Assembly: GCA_963710605.1 (NCBI GenBank)
Contig: CAVQBA010000004.1
Span: forward strand, 384,001-448,000
Source: an uncultured cyanobacterium
GTDB lineage: Bacteria; Cyanobacteriota; Cyanobacteriia; Cyanobacteriales; Cyanobacteriaceae
Reading direction: 5' to 3'
Length of the DNA stretch: 64,000 bases
Shown here: piece after piece, positions 10,648 through 21,653 of the stretch
How positions within the stretch are numbered: position 1 is the stretch's first letter
Layout: each line of letters begins with the position of its first letter
Notes under the pieces: model-generated
Databases searched by the model: none
The model's input: the letters and a program-made list of their open reading frames with translations, nothing else
Told to the model about the DNA's origin: nothing
Position numbers and translations under genes: made by a program

Positions 10648-11733
10648 ATGATTAAAAAAAGTTTATTTCTATCTTCAATACTATTACCTTTATCGTTACT
10701 TGTTTCTTCTTGTAATCCCACAACAGGAGTAAAAAATGAAATTGACGATGGAGTAGAAGAGTTAAATGATGCTTTATTAAAATTAGATCAACAATCAAAC
10801 AACTGGCAAGAAGTATTAGTCGAAACCAGAGATACTTTAATCGCCGAAGGAAATTCTACTTTAGCTAATGAAGTTAGTAGCCTGATACGTCAAACAACTA
10901 GCGATATTGGGGTAGAAACTAGATGTACAACCGATTTTTTTAGAGATAGAGCGAGAGAAGAATTATTAAAATTACGATCGACTATCACTAGAGAAACAAT
11001 CAATCTAATTCCTGTGGTTTGTCAGCCTAATCCTAGCTCGATCGATTTTGAGAAAGGCAAACCAAATATCATCAATATAACTGGTTACAATCTAAGTCAA
11101 GATTCAGTTAATCTTTATCTACAAGAATCGGTAAATAGCCCCAAAAAACCGATCAATTATAGTCTTAATTATCCCACTAAGTATTTGATGACGATTATTG
11201 TTAGTAAAATCGAAAATGTCGAAAATAGTCATCAGTTAGTACTAGAATTAGGTAATGGTGGAGGCACACAAACGATCGGGATTCAACAAAAAGCTGAACG
11301 ATTTGAAACAAGATATGTTTCTAGTACAGTCAGAATTACTGGTTCAGTGACACTAAACGACGATGAAATATTTAAAGATGAAGTTAGAACAGTTAACGTA
11401 AATGACACCGTAACTATTACTAATAACAAAAACGGTACTTATAATTGGAATGCCTGTGTAGGTGATGAGGTACATGGATATTTGAATAGTTCGATGAGTC
11501 TTAACCCCATTAATGGTTATATTTCTCTCCAAGGTACTTCAGATTATTACGAAGGTACAAAATGTGGTAAAACAGAACTACAAAAAGATGATAGCTTTAA
11601 TTTTACTTTACAAAAACCTCAGCAAAGTGAATATTCTTACGCCAGACATCTTAAAGATAGTGAAGGTGGAGTGAGGTTCAATTTAAAATTCAAATATTTG
11701 TCGGCTGAAACCGAAGAAGTAAAAGTTGAATAA
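10648..11733 (+). CDS. Hypothetical lipoprotein
   Basis: Signal peptide with lipobox LVSSC; helical N-half, beta-rich C-half. Confidence 0.65.
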   Translation: MIKKSLFLSSILLPLSLLVSSCNPTTGVKNEIDDGVEELNDALLKLDQQSNNWQEVLVETRDTLIAEGNSTLANEVSSLIRQTTSDIGVETRCTTDFFRDRAREELLKLRSTITRETINLIPVVCQPNPSSIDFEKGKPNIINITGYNLSQDSVNLYLQESVNSPKKPINYSLNYPTKYLMTIIVSKIENVENSHQLVLELGNGGGTQTIGIQQKAERFETRYVSSTVRITGSVTLNDDEIFKDEVRTVNVNDTVTITNNKNGTYNWNACVGDEVHGYLNSSMSLNPINGYISLQGTSDYYEGTKCGKTELQKDDSFNFTLQKPQQSEYSYARHLKDSEGGVRFNLKFKYLSAETEEVKVE

Positions 11734-11811
11734 ATTCGTCTGGCTATAATATATCTAAAAAACCTCTCTAGTTATGATACCACTTTTGTTTTGTGTCTCA
11801 ACTCTTAACTT

Positions 11812-12825
11812 TTAATTTTTCTCCCATTTATTTAAAATATCTTCGATCAAGATTTCTCGTAACCAAACTTGAGCAACGACAATGATAGGAAGGGCAAGAA
11901 ATAATCCGAGTAATCCAAAAAAAGTGGCAAAAGCAACTTGAGACAAAAGGGCAAAGGCTGGAAGTAGAGACACTTGCTTTTTCATCACTAAAGGAGTGAG
12001 GATATTACTCTCTATTTGTTGAATTATGATGTATAAAATTATGACTGCTCCCGCTTTCCAAGGTGCTTCTAGTAAACCTAAAGCCATTGGCGGAATAACA
12101 CTAACGACTGGCCCTATATTAGGAATAAAGGTCAAAATTCCTGCAATAACAGCATTAGTTAAGGGAAGAGGTACTCCTAGCAACCACAAACCCAAACCAC
12201 TCAAAATGCTAATTACGCCAATATTAAATAAAACCCCAATAAACCAGCCCATCAAAGCTTCTTCTGTCTCTGTTAAAATTTCATCAGCACGACGACGATA
12301 AAATGAGGGGAATAATAATAATGCTACACGGCGATAGGATTGAGGACTCGAAACCATCATAATAATAACGACAATCACCAGTAAAAAGTTGAGGAAAAAG
12401 GTCAGAGTACTGGAAAAAAAGTCAAATATTCCTCCTGATGACGGTGTTAACCTTTCTAATCTTAATTGTAAACTATCGATATCCTCTAATAGTTGGCTGG
12501 GGATTAAATTTTGTAATTCGAGGAGTCTTTGTTGCACTCTTTCAAGCGCTTGAGGAAAACTCTCAACAATTTGAGGGAGTTGTTCATTAAAAGAAGGAAT
12601 AACGATCGCACCTATACCAATCAAGACTGTACAAACTAAAACTAGAGCAACTATAACGGCAAAGACACGCCTTAGTTTCAACCTCTGAAGTTGCTGTACT
12701 AAACGATTAATCACCGTCGCAAAGAAAATAGCCGCTAAAGCCAGTAGCAATACTGTCCGAATTTTCCAGAGAATATAAATAACGATAAGAAACAACACTG
12801 CACCAACAAATTTACCAAAACTCAA
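11812..12825 (-). CDS. AI-2E family transporter (UPF0118)
   Basis: FIPNIGPVVS, QQIESNILTPLVM and FGLLGLFLALP motifs. Confidence 0.9.
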   Translation of the reverse strand: MSFGKFVGAVLFLIVIYILWKIRTVLLLALAAIFFATVINRLVQQLQRLKLRRVFAVIVALVLVCTVLIGIGAIVIPSFNEQLPQIVESFPQALERVQQRLLELQNLIPSQLLEDIDSLQLRLERLTPSSGGIFDFFSSTLTFFLNFLLVIVVIIMMVSSPQSYRRVALLLFPSFYRRRADEILTETEEALMGWFIGVLFNIGVISILSGLGLWLLGVPLPLTNAVIAGILTFIPNIGPVVSVIPPMALGLLEAPWKAGAVIILYIIIQQIESNILTPLVMKKQVSLLPAFALLSQVAFATFFGLLGLFLALPIIVVAQVWLREILIEDILNKWEKN

Positions 12826-13090
12826 GGCTTAATCTCCTGAACTAATGTGCCTATTTCGACTACCTGTATAAAAGAGGCTTAGCACTTATTAGCCTTTAAA
12901 CCCTGCGATTAGAATAGTAGTAAGAGATTAAAATAAGATGATTGACACCACTGATTTTATCTCTGTTTTTACCTATTTTAATTTTTTTGGTGAGTGATCA
13001 TATCAACCGATCGATTGATTAATTGTAGTCAATAGTTATGGCTTTTTATACAGTAGTTATTAGTTTAAAAATAGCTCTGAGCTAAAACTC

Positions 13091-13134
13091 ATTACCCATT
13101 ACCCATTACCCATTACCTATTCCCTATTCCCTAT
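13091..13134. repeat. Heptamer tandem repeat (CCCATTA/CCCTATT, STRR-type)
   Basis: attacccattacccattacccattacctattccctattccctat. Confidence 0.85.
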
Positions 13135-13146
13135 CTTGTTATTTCA

Positions 13147-13998
13147 CTATTTTAAAAACTGATTAACGATCGATAAATAAGTCGGTGCATCTTCTAACAT
13201 GGGAAAATGTCCTGTTTGCGGAATTTCGACATAAGTAATATATTCTTCATTTAATACCGCCGCCGCTTTACCCATATCAGCAGGAATAATTTGGTCTTTT
13301 TCTCCTGAAACGAGTAAAGTTGGTACTTGTATTTTAGTAAATTCAATCGGCATCACATCTACCGCTTTTTTACTAACAGAAGAATAAATCGTATTTAAAG
13401 CCGCATCATAATCAGCAATCAAAAAATCGTTTAAAAATTCCATACTAATATCTTTAGTAATAGGTTTATTTAAAAATCTTGCCATGAACATTTTGTCCAC
13501 AAAAGGTACTTTTAAAAACCAGTTATAACGATATTTAACAACATAACCCCCTGCTTTATGAAATGCGGAGAAAGCTAAAGCATTATAAGTGAAAATTCCA
13601 TTACAAGTTAAAATTGCCTTAATGATTCTTTCAGGGATGAGGTTAAGTAACACTACCCCAATTGATGCCCCCATCGAATGAGCATTAATATAGACTTTAT
13701 CTAAATCAAGAGTATCCAATAAAAGAATAAAGTCTTGAGCGTAATCTTCTAATTCGTAACCAATTGCAACTTCATTCTCCAGATTTTGCTTAGATTGCCC
13801 AAAACCTCTCATATCGTATAGTAAACAATCAAAATCGGCGACGATCGCTTCTGCTGTGGTACGCCAGTATTTACAAGAACCACCCCAACCATGAATAAAA
13901 ACCATCACGGGTTTAGCTACATCACTCGGTTGACGAATCCATTCGTAATAATGGTCAACACCTCTAATATTAACTGTACTTTGTCGATCGATAAGCAT
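13147..13998 (-). CDS. Alpha/beta hydrolase
   Basis: FIHGWGG, YDMRGFG, AHSMGA nucleophile and GHFPMLE. Confidence 0.9.
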   Translation of the reverse strand: MLIDRQSTVNIRGVDHYYEWIRQPSDVAKPVMVFIHGWGGSCKYWRTTAEAIVADFDCLLYDMRGFGQSKQNLENEVAIGYELEDYAQDFILLLDTLDLDKVYINAHSMGASIGVVLLNLIPERIIKAILTCNGIFTYNALAFSAFHKAGGYVVKYRYNWFLKVPFVDKMFMARFLNKPITKDISMEFLNDFLIADYDAALNTIYSSVSKKAVDVMPIEFTKIQVPTLLVSGEKDQIIPADMGKAAAVLNEEYITYVEIPQTGHFPMLEDAPTYLSIVNQFLK

Positions 13999-14025
13999 AT
14001 GTATTTAATGAAAAAAGAGCTAAAT

Positions 14026-14787
14026 TTAATTGCCTTGAATTGACTTAACTGTTTGCATTACTAGTAAAGGATTTTCTGAATTAGAATTAGAAATTTTTTT
14101 ACGAGGAATATTCAAAGGTTGTGAATTAGTCAAAGATAATTTTTCTAGGCTAAGATCAATCTTAGCCAAAATCACAGGTTCAAACTCCAGATTTTTCATT
14201 AATCTTAAATATTCTTCTAACTCATTTACTTGTTGAGGGTTAAGTTGGTTATCTTGCCACAAATTCATAACTTGATTTATTACCCACAACCGACGCATAG
14301 GCGAATCATCACTTAATTGCTGAATCAATTGATCAAAACTAAGGGGTAAACTACTTTCGGTTTGACTAGAAGAAGAAGAAAAAAATAGTTGTTTAGTTAA
14401 AAATGTAATACCTAAACCACCGAAAACAGTTTGCATAATCACAAAAAATGCTAACCAATGATAATCTAATTGGCTATAAACGATCGACGAAAAATAAATA
14501 AAAACAGAAGCAATGCCCGCAATAGTTGCCGATGAAAATAATGGTTTTTGATTAGAAATCGAAATTTTCTTTAAGTAACGCAGATAATAATCAAACGAAT
14601 TAGTTTTTACCTGATAGCTAACCATCATCGCTACCATAAAAGTAGTCGTGGCTAAAATTAATTTAAAATCACCGACACTAAAACTTAACCCTAAGAGAAA
14701 TAAATATAAATTTTTACGCAAGACAGGCTTTAAATATCGATCGAAGAATAGATTATAGACTGCAAAATTATTATTTTCGCTTAGCAT
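14026..14787 (-). CDS. Conserved cyanobacterial membrane protein, function unknown
   Basis: N-terminal TM segments and a helical C-terminal domain. Confidence 0.6.
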   Translation of the reverse strand: MLSENNNFAVYNLFFDRYLKPVLRKNLYLFLLGLSFSVGDFKLILATTTFMVAMMVSYQVKTNSFDYYLRYLKKISISNQKPLFSSATIAGIASVFIYFSSIVYSQLDYHWLAFFVIMQTVFGGLGITFLTKQLFFSSSSSQTESSLPLSFDQLIQQLSDDSPMRRLWVINQVMNLWQDNQLNPQQVNELEEYLRLMKNLEFEPVILAKIDLSLEKLSLTNSQPLNIPRKKISNSNSENPLLVMQTVKSIQGN

Positions 14788-15037
14788 TTTAGTGGAGTAG
14801 TTGAACTTGAAAGATAACTAGTAACGTCAACACTTAAAAAATAAAATTGGTGGAAACGTTGAAAACTTTTGTTTTAATCAAAACATTGGTTAACCAAGAC
14901 CAGATTATCATAACATGATTTTATTTTAGAGCAATTATCTCATATTTTTTGCCCCAATAAAATAGAGACGCAAAATCTTCACGTCTCTACATAGTTAAAA
15001 GTTAAAAGTTAAGAGTTAAAAATTTTAAATTCTTATT

Positions 15038-16396
15038 TTATTCAGCCGTTTTTTCTGAAAGTTCGGGAGATTCATCCTTAAAGACGACTTTCAATAATGG
15101 TGGGGCGACAAAAGTTGTGGTAATAACCATCACAATAATCGCCGCTTCAGTTGCAGGAGATAAAGCACCACTTGCCGAGCCAACTCCAGCAAAAACTAAA
15201 CCAACTTCACCACGAGGAATCATACCAACACCGATCGCTAATTTGTTGATATTCTCTTCTCCCCAGATAGTAAAACCAGCAACAACTTTACCAATAATCG
15301 CCACGACAATTAAAAATGAAGCTAAAACTAAACCTTCACGGTTACTAGGCACAGCAGGATTCAAGACACTTAAATCTGTTTTAGCACCAACACAGACAAA
15401 AAAGATCGGTACAAAAAAGTCAGCTAAAGGAATAATTTGCTCTTCTAATTCTTTTCTTTTCTCGGTTTCGGCTAATACTAAACCTGCGGCAAATGCACCC
15501 AAAATACCTTCTAATTGAATAATATTAGCAATATAAGCTAAGGTAAAAGCAAAAATCAATCCGACAATCAAAATATCTCCTCTTGTCTTCATTTGCTTAA
15601 CTATGGCGATTAACCAAGGGCTAATGACACGCCCTAGCAAGATAGTACCAATTAAAAAAGTACCTGCACTAATAATTAGATAGATAATTTGACTAACTTG
15701 TACTTCACCCGTCTTGGCTAAACTACCGACAACCGCCAAAATGATAATACCGAGAATATCATCTAAAACTGCCGCCCCGATAATAATTTGCCCTTCTTTC
15801 GAGCTTAGTTTACCTAACTCAGCTAATACTTTAGCTGTAATACCAATACTAGTTGCAGTTAGTGCCGCACCTGCAAATACAGCAGGAATAATAGGTACAT
15901 TAAATAAGTAAACTAAACCGGCAGTACCTAAAGAAAATGGTGTCACAACCCCAGCCACAGCAACGATCGCCGCTGATGGCCATACTCTGATTAATTCTTT
16001 AAGATCTGATTCTAAACCAATTTCAAATAAAAGAATAATTACACCAAGCTCGGATAATACCGAAATCACTTCACTGATACTATCAAAAGTTGCCTCTGAA
16101 GCACCTGGTGTTAAACTCGCTGTTGTTTGTAATAAATTGATAATTAAAGAATCTTCGCCCGATAAGCCTCCTTCAGGAAAGACTAATAATTTTAAAGCCG
16201 ATACCCCAATAACAACCCCACCGACTAATTCTCCTAATACAGCAGGAAGACTTACTCTTGAACATAATTCTCCTCCTAGCTTACTAGCAAAATAGATGAT
16301 GACAAGGCTTAATAATACTCCTGCTAAAACGATCGAAGGATTAGCCACTTCGGTTTCAGTTGCCGCTACTGCAAAAATAGGATGAACCCAATTCAT
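15038..16396 (-). CDS. nhaS3: CPA2 Na+/H+ antiporter (NhaS3-like)
   Basis: LFEIGLES, ATSIGITAKVL, AAVLDDILG and GMIPRGEVGL motifs. Confidence 0.85.
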   Translation of the reverse strand: MNWVHPIFAVAATETEVANPSIVLAGVLLSLVIIYFASKLGGELCSRVSLPAVLGELVGGVVIGVSALKLLVFPEGGLSGEDSLIINLLQTTASLTPGASEATFDSISEVISVLSELGVIILLFEIGLESDLKELIRVWPSAAIVAVAGVVTPFSLGTAGLVYLFNVPIIPAVFAGAALTATSIGITAKVLAELGKLSSKEGQIIIGAAVLDDILGIIILAVVGSLAKTGEVQVSQIIYLIISAGTFLIGTILLGRVISPWLIAIVKQMKTRGDILIVGLIFAFTLAYIANIIQLEGILGAFAAGLVLAETEKRKELEEQIIPLADFFVPIFFVCVGAKTDLSVLNPAVPSNREGLVLASFLIVVAIIGKVVAGFTIWGEENINKLAIGVGMIPRGEVGLVFAGVGSASGALSPATEAAIIVMVITTTFVAPPLLKVVFKDESPELSEKTAE

Positions 16397-16519
16397 AGAT
16401 TTTTTTTAATAGTTAGTTAAGTTATTATAATGTTTTCACTATGGTTAGTGATCATGTCCACTGTACCTTATCTTGGTGACAATTTGCTAGTTAAAATGTT
16501 ACGGATGAACACAACAATG

Positions 16520-16630
16520 AGTTAAAAGTTAAGAGTTAAAAGTTAAGAGTTAAAAGTTAAGAGTTCTTAATAGCTCTAAGCTCTAAGCTCTAAACTAATT
16601 ATTAATTATTAATTATTAATTATTAATTAC
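16520..16630. repeat. Compound heptamer tandem repeats (AGTTAAA/AGTTAAG, GCTCTAA, TAATTAT)
   Basis: Three adjacent 7-mer arrays in the intergenic space. Confidence 0.85.
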
Positions 16631-16638
16631 TCATTGTT

Positions 16639-17160
16639 TCAGCTATTGAGAAACGAATTAAGTTGTTCAAATTTATCTTCGTAGATTTTTATCTCAGCAT
16701 TTTCGTCTTCTTTAAGATAAAGCGATCGTCTAATTTGCCCTAAATAAAGAGGATAAGTATATCCGTCTTGATGAGCTTGTACTCTTGCTCTGACTGTTAA
16801 TTTGGTATCATTATCCACAGCCGTTCTACCATAAGAAAATAGATTGACGGCGGCTTGTTCTAATGTGGCTTCTAATTGGGTAGGAGTAATATCGATCGGT
16901 ACAGTAATCACGGCTTGATTTGCTCCTGTGTCGTAAACAAGGTTGTATTGAGTAGCGTTAGGAATAACGACTCGACCAAATAAGCCTAAACTAAGACCAA
17001 ATAAGCCAACGGTTAATACACCCATAAATCCTGTGATACCAACAAAACGGAAACGTGTACCCCACTTAAAGATAAATCCAAGTATTGCCAGTACGAAAAA
17101 AGCGATCGTCACATATAATGACCATAAACTATAAGCACCAAAATCTAAATCAAAATTCAT
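16639..17160 (-). CDS. ycf51: Ycf51 (DUF2518) family protein
   Basis: WGTRFRFVGITGF, LVYDTGANQAVI and LEATLEQAA.NLFSYGR. Confidence 0.85.
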   Translation of the reverse strand: MNFDLDFGAYSLWSLYVTIAFFVLAILGFIFKWGTRFRFVGITGFMGVLTVGLFGLSLGLFGRVVIPNATQYNLVYDTGANQAVITVPIDITPTQLEATLEQAAVNLFSYGRTAVDNDTKLTVRARVQAHQDGYTYPLYLGQIRRSLYLKEDENAEIKIYEDKFEQLNSFLNS

Positions 17161-17251
17161 TTTGTTGATCGTTTTATTTTATTGCTTTAATTTTATCTGA
17201 AGATGTCTGTTGATCATTAATAATTGATCATTAATAATTAATAATTGTTCT

Positions 17252-17998
17252 GTGCTCACCGTTTTTATGGCTAACAAACATTCTACTTGGCGTTTGATAC
17301 CTTTACTTCATGCTAATGGTGAGTTACAAATGTCGATCGATAATTGGTTACTTGATCAACATCTTCATCACAATCATCCGCCTACTTTAAGATTCTATAC
17401 TTGGAATCCTCCTGCTATTTCTTTAGGTGTTAGTCAAAAACGACGTTTTCCAACCCATTGGCAAAATATCCACCATCATGGTCAATTAATTGATATTGTA
17501 GAGCGTCCTAGTGGTGGGCGTGGTGTCTTGCATCAAGGAGATTTAACTTATACTATTGTTACCTCTGGTTGTGAGGGCAATTTAGACCAAGTTTATCGTT
17601 ATTTATGTCAATTTTTAATTTTAGGTTGGCAAAAGTTAGGGGTTAACTTACATTTTGGGCAACCACAAAGACAATATCTTAAATCGAATAACTGTTTTGC
17701 TTTAGCAACTAATGCGGATTTAGTTGACAATCGAGGTAACAAGTTTATTGGTAGTGCCCAACTCAAAAAAGGTAAGTATATATTACAACATGGTTCGATG
17801 GTTTTAAATCCCGATCGAGATTTATATCAAAAAGTCTTTCCTTCTTCTAAGATGACATTCAGTCAAATTAATCATAATTTATCCATAGAAACGATCGTTA
17901 ATACTTTAGTCGAGACTGCTACAGAATACTTTAATTGTGAATTAGTTAGTCAACCTTTACAAGTTCAGGAGTTAGAGCAAATAATTTTAAGTTTTTAA
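17252..17998 (+). CDS. Lipoate-protein ligase A / octanoyltransferase family
   Basis: PTLRFYTW, RPSGGRGVLH, KFIGSAQ and LQHGS motifs. Confidence 0.88.
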   Translation: MLTVFMANKHSTWRLIPLLHANGELQMSIDNWLLDQHLHHNHPPTLRFYTWNPPAISLGVSQKRRFPTHWQNIHHHGQLIDIVERPSGGRGVLHQGDLTYTIVTSGCEGNLDQVYRYLCQFLILGWQKLGVNLHFGQPQRQYLKSNNCFALATNADLVDNRGNKFIGSAQLKKGKYILQHGSMVLNPDRDLYQKVFPSSKMTFSQINHNLSIETIVNTLVETATEYFNCELVSQPLQVQELEQIILSF

Positions 17999-18031
17999 TT
18001 GTCTTAACTATTATCACTTTACTATCATTTA

Positions 18032-18343
18032 TTACTCTACTTCCATATTACCGACAACAAATGCGGTAAAGGCAAAAGCCAAAACCAAAGGCATTGGACA
18101 ATTGGTCAAATAACTAAAAATACCACCAAATAAACTGACAGAGATAGTAATTAAAACCCAAAATCTTTCTTGAGGAGATAATCCTTTATCGGCTTTAATT
18201 TCAATTAATGTTTCTTTAGGAATTGGTAAAGGCATAACTGCATGAGGAGGAAAAGCCCAGTAATCTGTACACTCTAAAAACCAATCACTCCATCCATTAT
18301 TTTCGCACCACTCTTGAATCCAGTCATCGCAAAAATGTTTCAT
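18032..18343 (-). CDS. Conserved cyanobacterial hypothetical protein
   Basis: WIQEWCENNGWSD..YWAFPPHAVMP followed by two TM helices. Confidence 0.7.
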   Translation of the reverse strand: MKHFCDDWIQEWCENNGWSDWFLECTDYWAFPPHAVMPLPIPKETLIEIKADKGLSPQERFWVLITISVSLFGGIFSYLTNCPMPLVLAFAFTAFVVGNMEVE

Positions 18344-18651
18344 TCTTTAAGTTATAATTTTTATGCTCATTTCTTTTACTTCTTATTTTCAGGTTATCAA
18401 ATCTTTTTAAGGACGAGATATTTTGTTTATCAAATGTAATATTTCGATTATTTTAAGCATATATACTTATGTAAAAAGTCCTAAAATAACTATGTCTAAT
18501 TATTAAGTATTATTTAATCAACTACATATTATTAAGTGTTATTTAATCAATATTTTTCTTTCAAGATAAAAATTAGTTATTTATTCGCCCGAGAAAATAA
18601 GTTATCATGATCAAACTCGATCGAGTTTGAATTAGACATTTATTTATCACA

Positions 18652-19341
18652 ATGAGCAACAAAAACACTACAGCCAATAAAAATAAATCAGTTAACAGGG
18701 GTAAATCAGCTCAAAGAATAGCTAGAATATTAGCCTTACTGAGTATTAGTCAACTTAGAGGTAAAACAGATAAACTTGGAGATTTTGAAATAGAAGATTT
18801 GTTGTTAAAAACAACTCGGACTCTAACTTTAGAAGTTAAAATGGCACTAGAAACCGCAGCTGATGAGTTAAATCGTAGTAATACTCAATTAATAAAAAGC
18901 GAAACTAGGACGAATAATATAACTACTGCTCGTAATATGCTTAAAGAGTCGATTAATTTGACTCAAAATGCAATTAATAATTTAGGTGAAATACTTGATA
19001 TTCCTAATTTTGTTCAAGTATCTAATCGAAGAGAAGTTAAAGATTATGCCAACAGATTAATTAAACTTGTTCAAGAAAATGAACAAGAAGTTAATGAGCT
19101 AATTGAAGAAGTAATGGTAGGTTGGAGTTTAGCTAGATTAACTCAGGTGGATGGAAACATTATTCGTATTTGCGTGACGGAAATGTTATATTTAAATTTA
19201 GCTCATAGAATAGCGATCGATGAAGCTATAGAAATTGCTAAAGAATATTCTGATGAAGATGGTCATCGTTTTATTAATGGTGTCTTGAGAAAAGTAAGCG
19301 ATCAAATGAATCAGAAAACCAATAATGTCGAAATCGTCTAA
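18652..19341 (+). CDS. nusB: Transcription antitermination factor NusB (cyanobacterial long form)
   Basis: RIARILALL, GWSLARL..VD, IAIDEAIEIAKEYSD and FINGVLR. Confidence 0.9.
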   Translation: MSNKNTTANKNKSVNRGKSAQRIARILALLSISQLRGKTDKLGDFEIEDLLLKTTRTLTLEVKMALETAADELNRSNTQLIKSETRTNNITTARNMLKESINLTQNAINNLGEILDIPNFVQVSNRREVKDYANRLIKLVQENEQEVNELIEEVMVGWSLARLTQVDGNIIRICVTEMLYLNLAHRIAIDEAIEIAKEYSDEDGHRFINGVLRKVSDQMNQKTNNVEIV

Positions 19342-19473
19342 TTAGTTCGAGTAGTCAATTATTTGAGGGTTATATTTATCGATTCAGTTCGGGTGATGAG
19401 AGTTTAAAATCTGAACATGGGTGGAAAATATTTTACTTGATATTTGTTTGGGGTTCAGATTAAATTTTAAATT

Positions 19474-20493
19474 TTAAATATTATCAATTTCGATCGCATT
19501 TTTAGTTTTAGAATTTAAAGACTTAGTCAATGCGTTATTTGCTACTTCAATTAAAAGAGTCGGTGGCAAACCTTGAGTTGGGATACCATTAGCAATACCA
19601 ATACTAAAACTCATATATTCACTTAAATTACAATAATTATGAGGTATTTTTAAATCATCTAATTCGGTTTGAATTTTTTCAGCGACGGCTTTTGCACCTT
19701 CAGAAGCTGTATTAGGTAATAAAATGGCAAATTTACCCTGATCTAAATTAGCAACCAAATCACCCGGTCTTTTAACGATCGTAGTTAAAGCTTCTGAGAC
19801 TAATTCTAAGCAATTTTGAACTAACTGAGCTTCATGATAATCTTGGTAAGAATCAAAGTTATTTAACTGTGCCACAATCACAGAAATATTAGCTTGAGTA
19901 ACATCACCAAAAGAAGAGCGTTGACGAGCACCCCTCAACCATTCTTTTTCTAAAGTTTGTTCAAATTTTTGTTGGTTAGCAAAAATATTTTCTTGATCTT
20001 TTTGAGTTAAATTATTTAACTTTAGTTGTGTTTTTTCTAAAGCTAATTTTAATTTCTTATAGTAAGGAATTAGCTTCTGTAATTGGCTTGTTTTTTCTTT
20101 TAACTGCTCTTGAAGAGTTTTAATCTGAAATTGATTATCTATTTTGTTTAATATCTCTATAGAGCTAAAGGGATAATTAATATAATCAGAAGCTCCCGCA
20201 TTAAACATCATTTCTTTTGCTAGTAAATCTTGTTTACCATTAATAAAAATAATTGGAATATTTTCAGCTAAATTTGATGACTTAATTGTTTGGCAAATTG
20301 AATAGATATTTTTTTGTTTACTTAAATTATCGCTGATTAAAATTACATCAGGATATTCATTTTCAATTAATTTTATCAGTTCTAATTCGTCTTCGGTAAT
20401 AATTACTTTATAGTTAGCAGTTTTTAATATTCTTGTAAATAGTGCAAGTTGTTCTTGATCATTATCTAAAATCAAAACTCTTTTTTTTATCAT
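19474..20493 (-). CDS. PleD-like receiver + degenerate GGDEF protein
   Basis: Receiver-like N-terminus and coiled coil; RPGD I-site, with LDQGKF in place of YGGEEF. Confidence 0.8.
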   Translation of the reverse strand: MIKKRVLILDNDQEQLALFTRILKTANYKVIITEDELELIKLIENEYPDVILISDNLSKQKNIYSICQTIKSSNLAENIPIIFINGKQDLLAKEMMFNAGASDYINYPFSSIEILNKIDNQFQIKTLQEQLKEKTSQLQKLIPYYKKLKLALEKTQLKLNNLTQKDQENIFANQQKFEQTLEKEWLRGARQRSSFGDVTQANISVIVAQLNNFDSYQDYHEAQLVQNCLELVSEALTTIVKRPGDLVANLDQGKFAILLPNTASEGAKAVAEKIQTELDDLKIPHNYCNLSEYMSFSIGIANGIPTQGLPPTLLIEVANNALTKSLNSKTKNAIEIDNI

Positions 20494-20912
20494 AGATTTT
20501 ATATTCCAAATAATTTATTTTAACTTATTTAATCACCTTCATCTTAATTTTTAGTGATGATAAATATAGATATTACCCATTATTTATCAAGAAAACCAAC
20601 TTTTTAAATAACAGCTACACAGAATTAATAATCACAAAAATAATCATTCCTTAGTGGCAAGTTAAGAAAAAAGAAAACAGTCAAATCAAAAAATAAAGTC
20701 AAAATAAAGCTTAGAAAATAACTAAATAATGAGCCAAAATAAGTCACAGATATTCTCGAAACCTAAATTAAATTGTCAAGCTAAATGTACTGACACTTGA
20801 TAATTTGGTGCTAAAGAAGATGTAAGCTTGAGAGATGATAATGAAGGTAAATAGAGTAAAGGTGAGTAATATGATAGAAGTAAAAAATAGACCTTAAATA
20901 GAGATCACAACT

Positions 20913-21002
20913 ATGATTGATTTATACACTTGGACAATACCTAATGGTTTTAAAATTCCGATTCTTTTAGAAAAATTAGGATGGGCAAAATCTGAATGCT
21001 GA
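20913..21002 (+). pseudogene. Truncated 5' duplicate of the GST gene
   Basis: MIDLYTWTIPNGFKIPILLEKLGWAKSEC* versus MIDLYTWTTPNGYKIPILLEELGW at 22105. Confidence 0.85.
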
Positions 21003-21093
21003 TAGCAATTATTTCATCATTTATTTGCCCATTATCCTCTTATTTGTTGACACGATCGTCTTAAATTTCAAAAGCAAGTTTGCCAATTGAAGT

Positions 21094-21384
21094 TTAAATA
21101 GGGTTATGGCTGTAGATTCTCAATCCCACAAAACTGACTAATACGATCGCACCCAATAATCGGCGAAAATAATTAACGCCCTGAAATAATTCAAGCCACG
21201 CCCAAGTAAACAAACTACCAAAAGCAATTAAGTCTAATGCTATATTGGTCAAACCACTGTCAAAAACTAGCTTGAGCAAACTAGCTACACCCCAAAGGAT
21301 GACGGGTGGGTTTGGTGGTTGGGCGATGACAATATTACCATCGCTATCTCGGAAGAATTTATCGAATAATGTCTCTTTTTCCAT
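21094..21384 (-). CDS. Conserved small membrane protein
   Basis: FFRDSDGNIVIAQPPNPP..WAWLELFQGVNYFRR. Confidence 0.75.
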   Translation of the reverse strand: MEKETLFDKFFRDSDGNIVIAQPPNPPVILWGVASLLKLVFDSGLTNIALDLIAFGSLFTWAWLELFQGVNYFRRLLGAIVLVSFVGLRIYSHNPI

Positions 21385-21627
21385 GATCTTTTTTTTTAGT
21401 GCTTATCATTCAGTTTTACAATTTGAACAGAGATACACATGATCCTAAAGAAAGATTTTTCGTAAATTGATTTCTACCTCGATCGTATTGCTTCAATAAT
21501 TCACTAAAGTAAAACTATTTTCCTTATCACCATATTGTTCTTTTCCAAATTAGACAGATAATATAGTTAGTTGTCTAAATTAAGTTTGAGACAGTATAAA
21601 AACAGTATCAAAAAGAATATAAAACCT

Positions 21628-21653
21628 GCCTTGCAATAAATTGAGAAGGCTAA
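21628..21653. repeat. Palindromic dispersed repeat, second copy at 27589-27614
   Basis: GCCTTGCAATAAATTGA(G/C)AAGGCTAA, 25/26 identical between copies. Confidence 0.8.

Noticed and set aside
12026-15911. Antisense or nested ORFs over membrane and enzyme genes (12026, 15117, 15714; also 28744, 51196, 54480 and others)
   Set aside because: Shadow ORFs of well-supported genes on the opposite strand or frame
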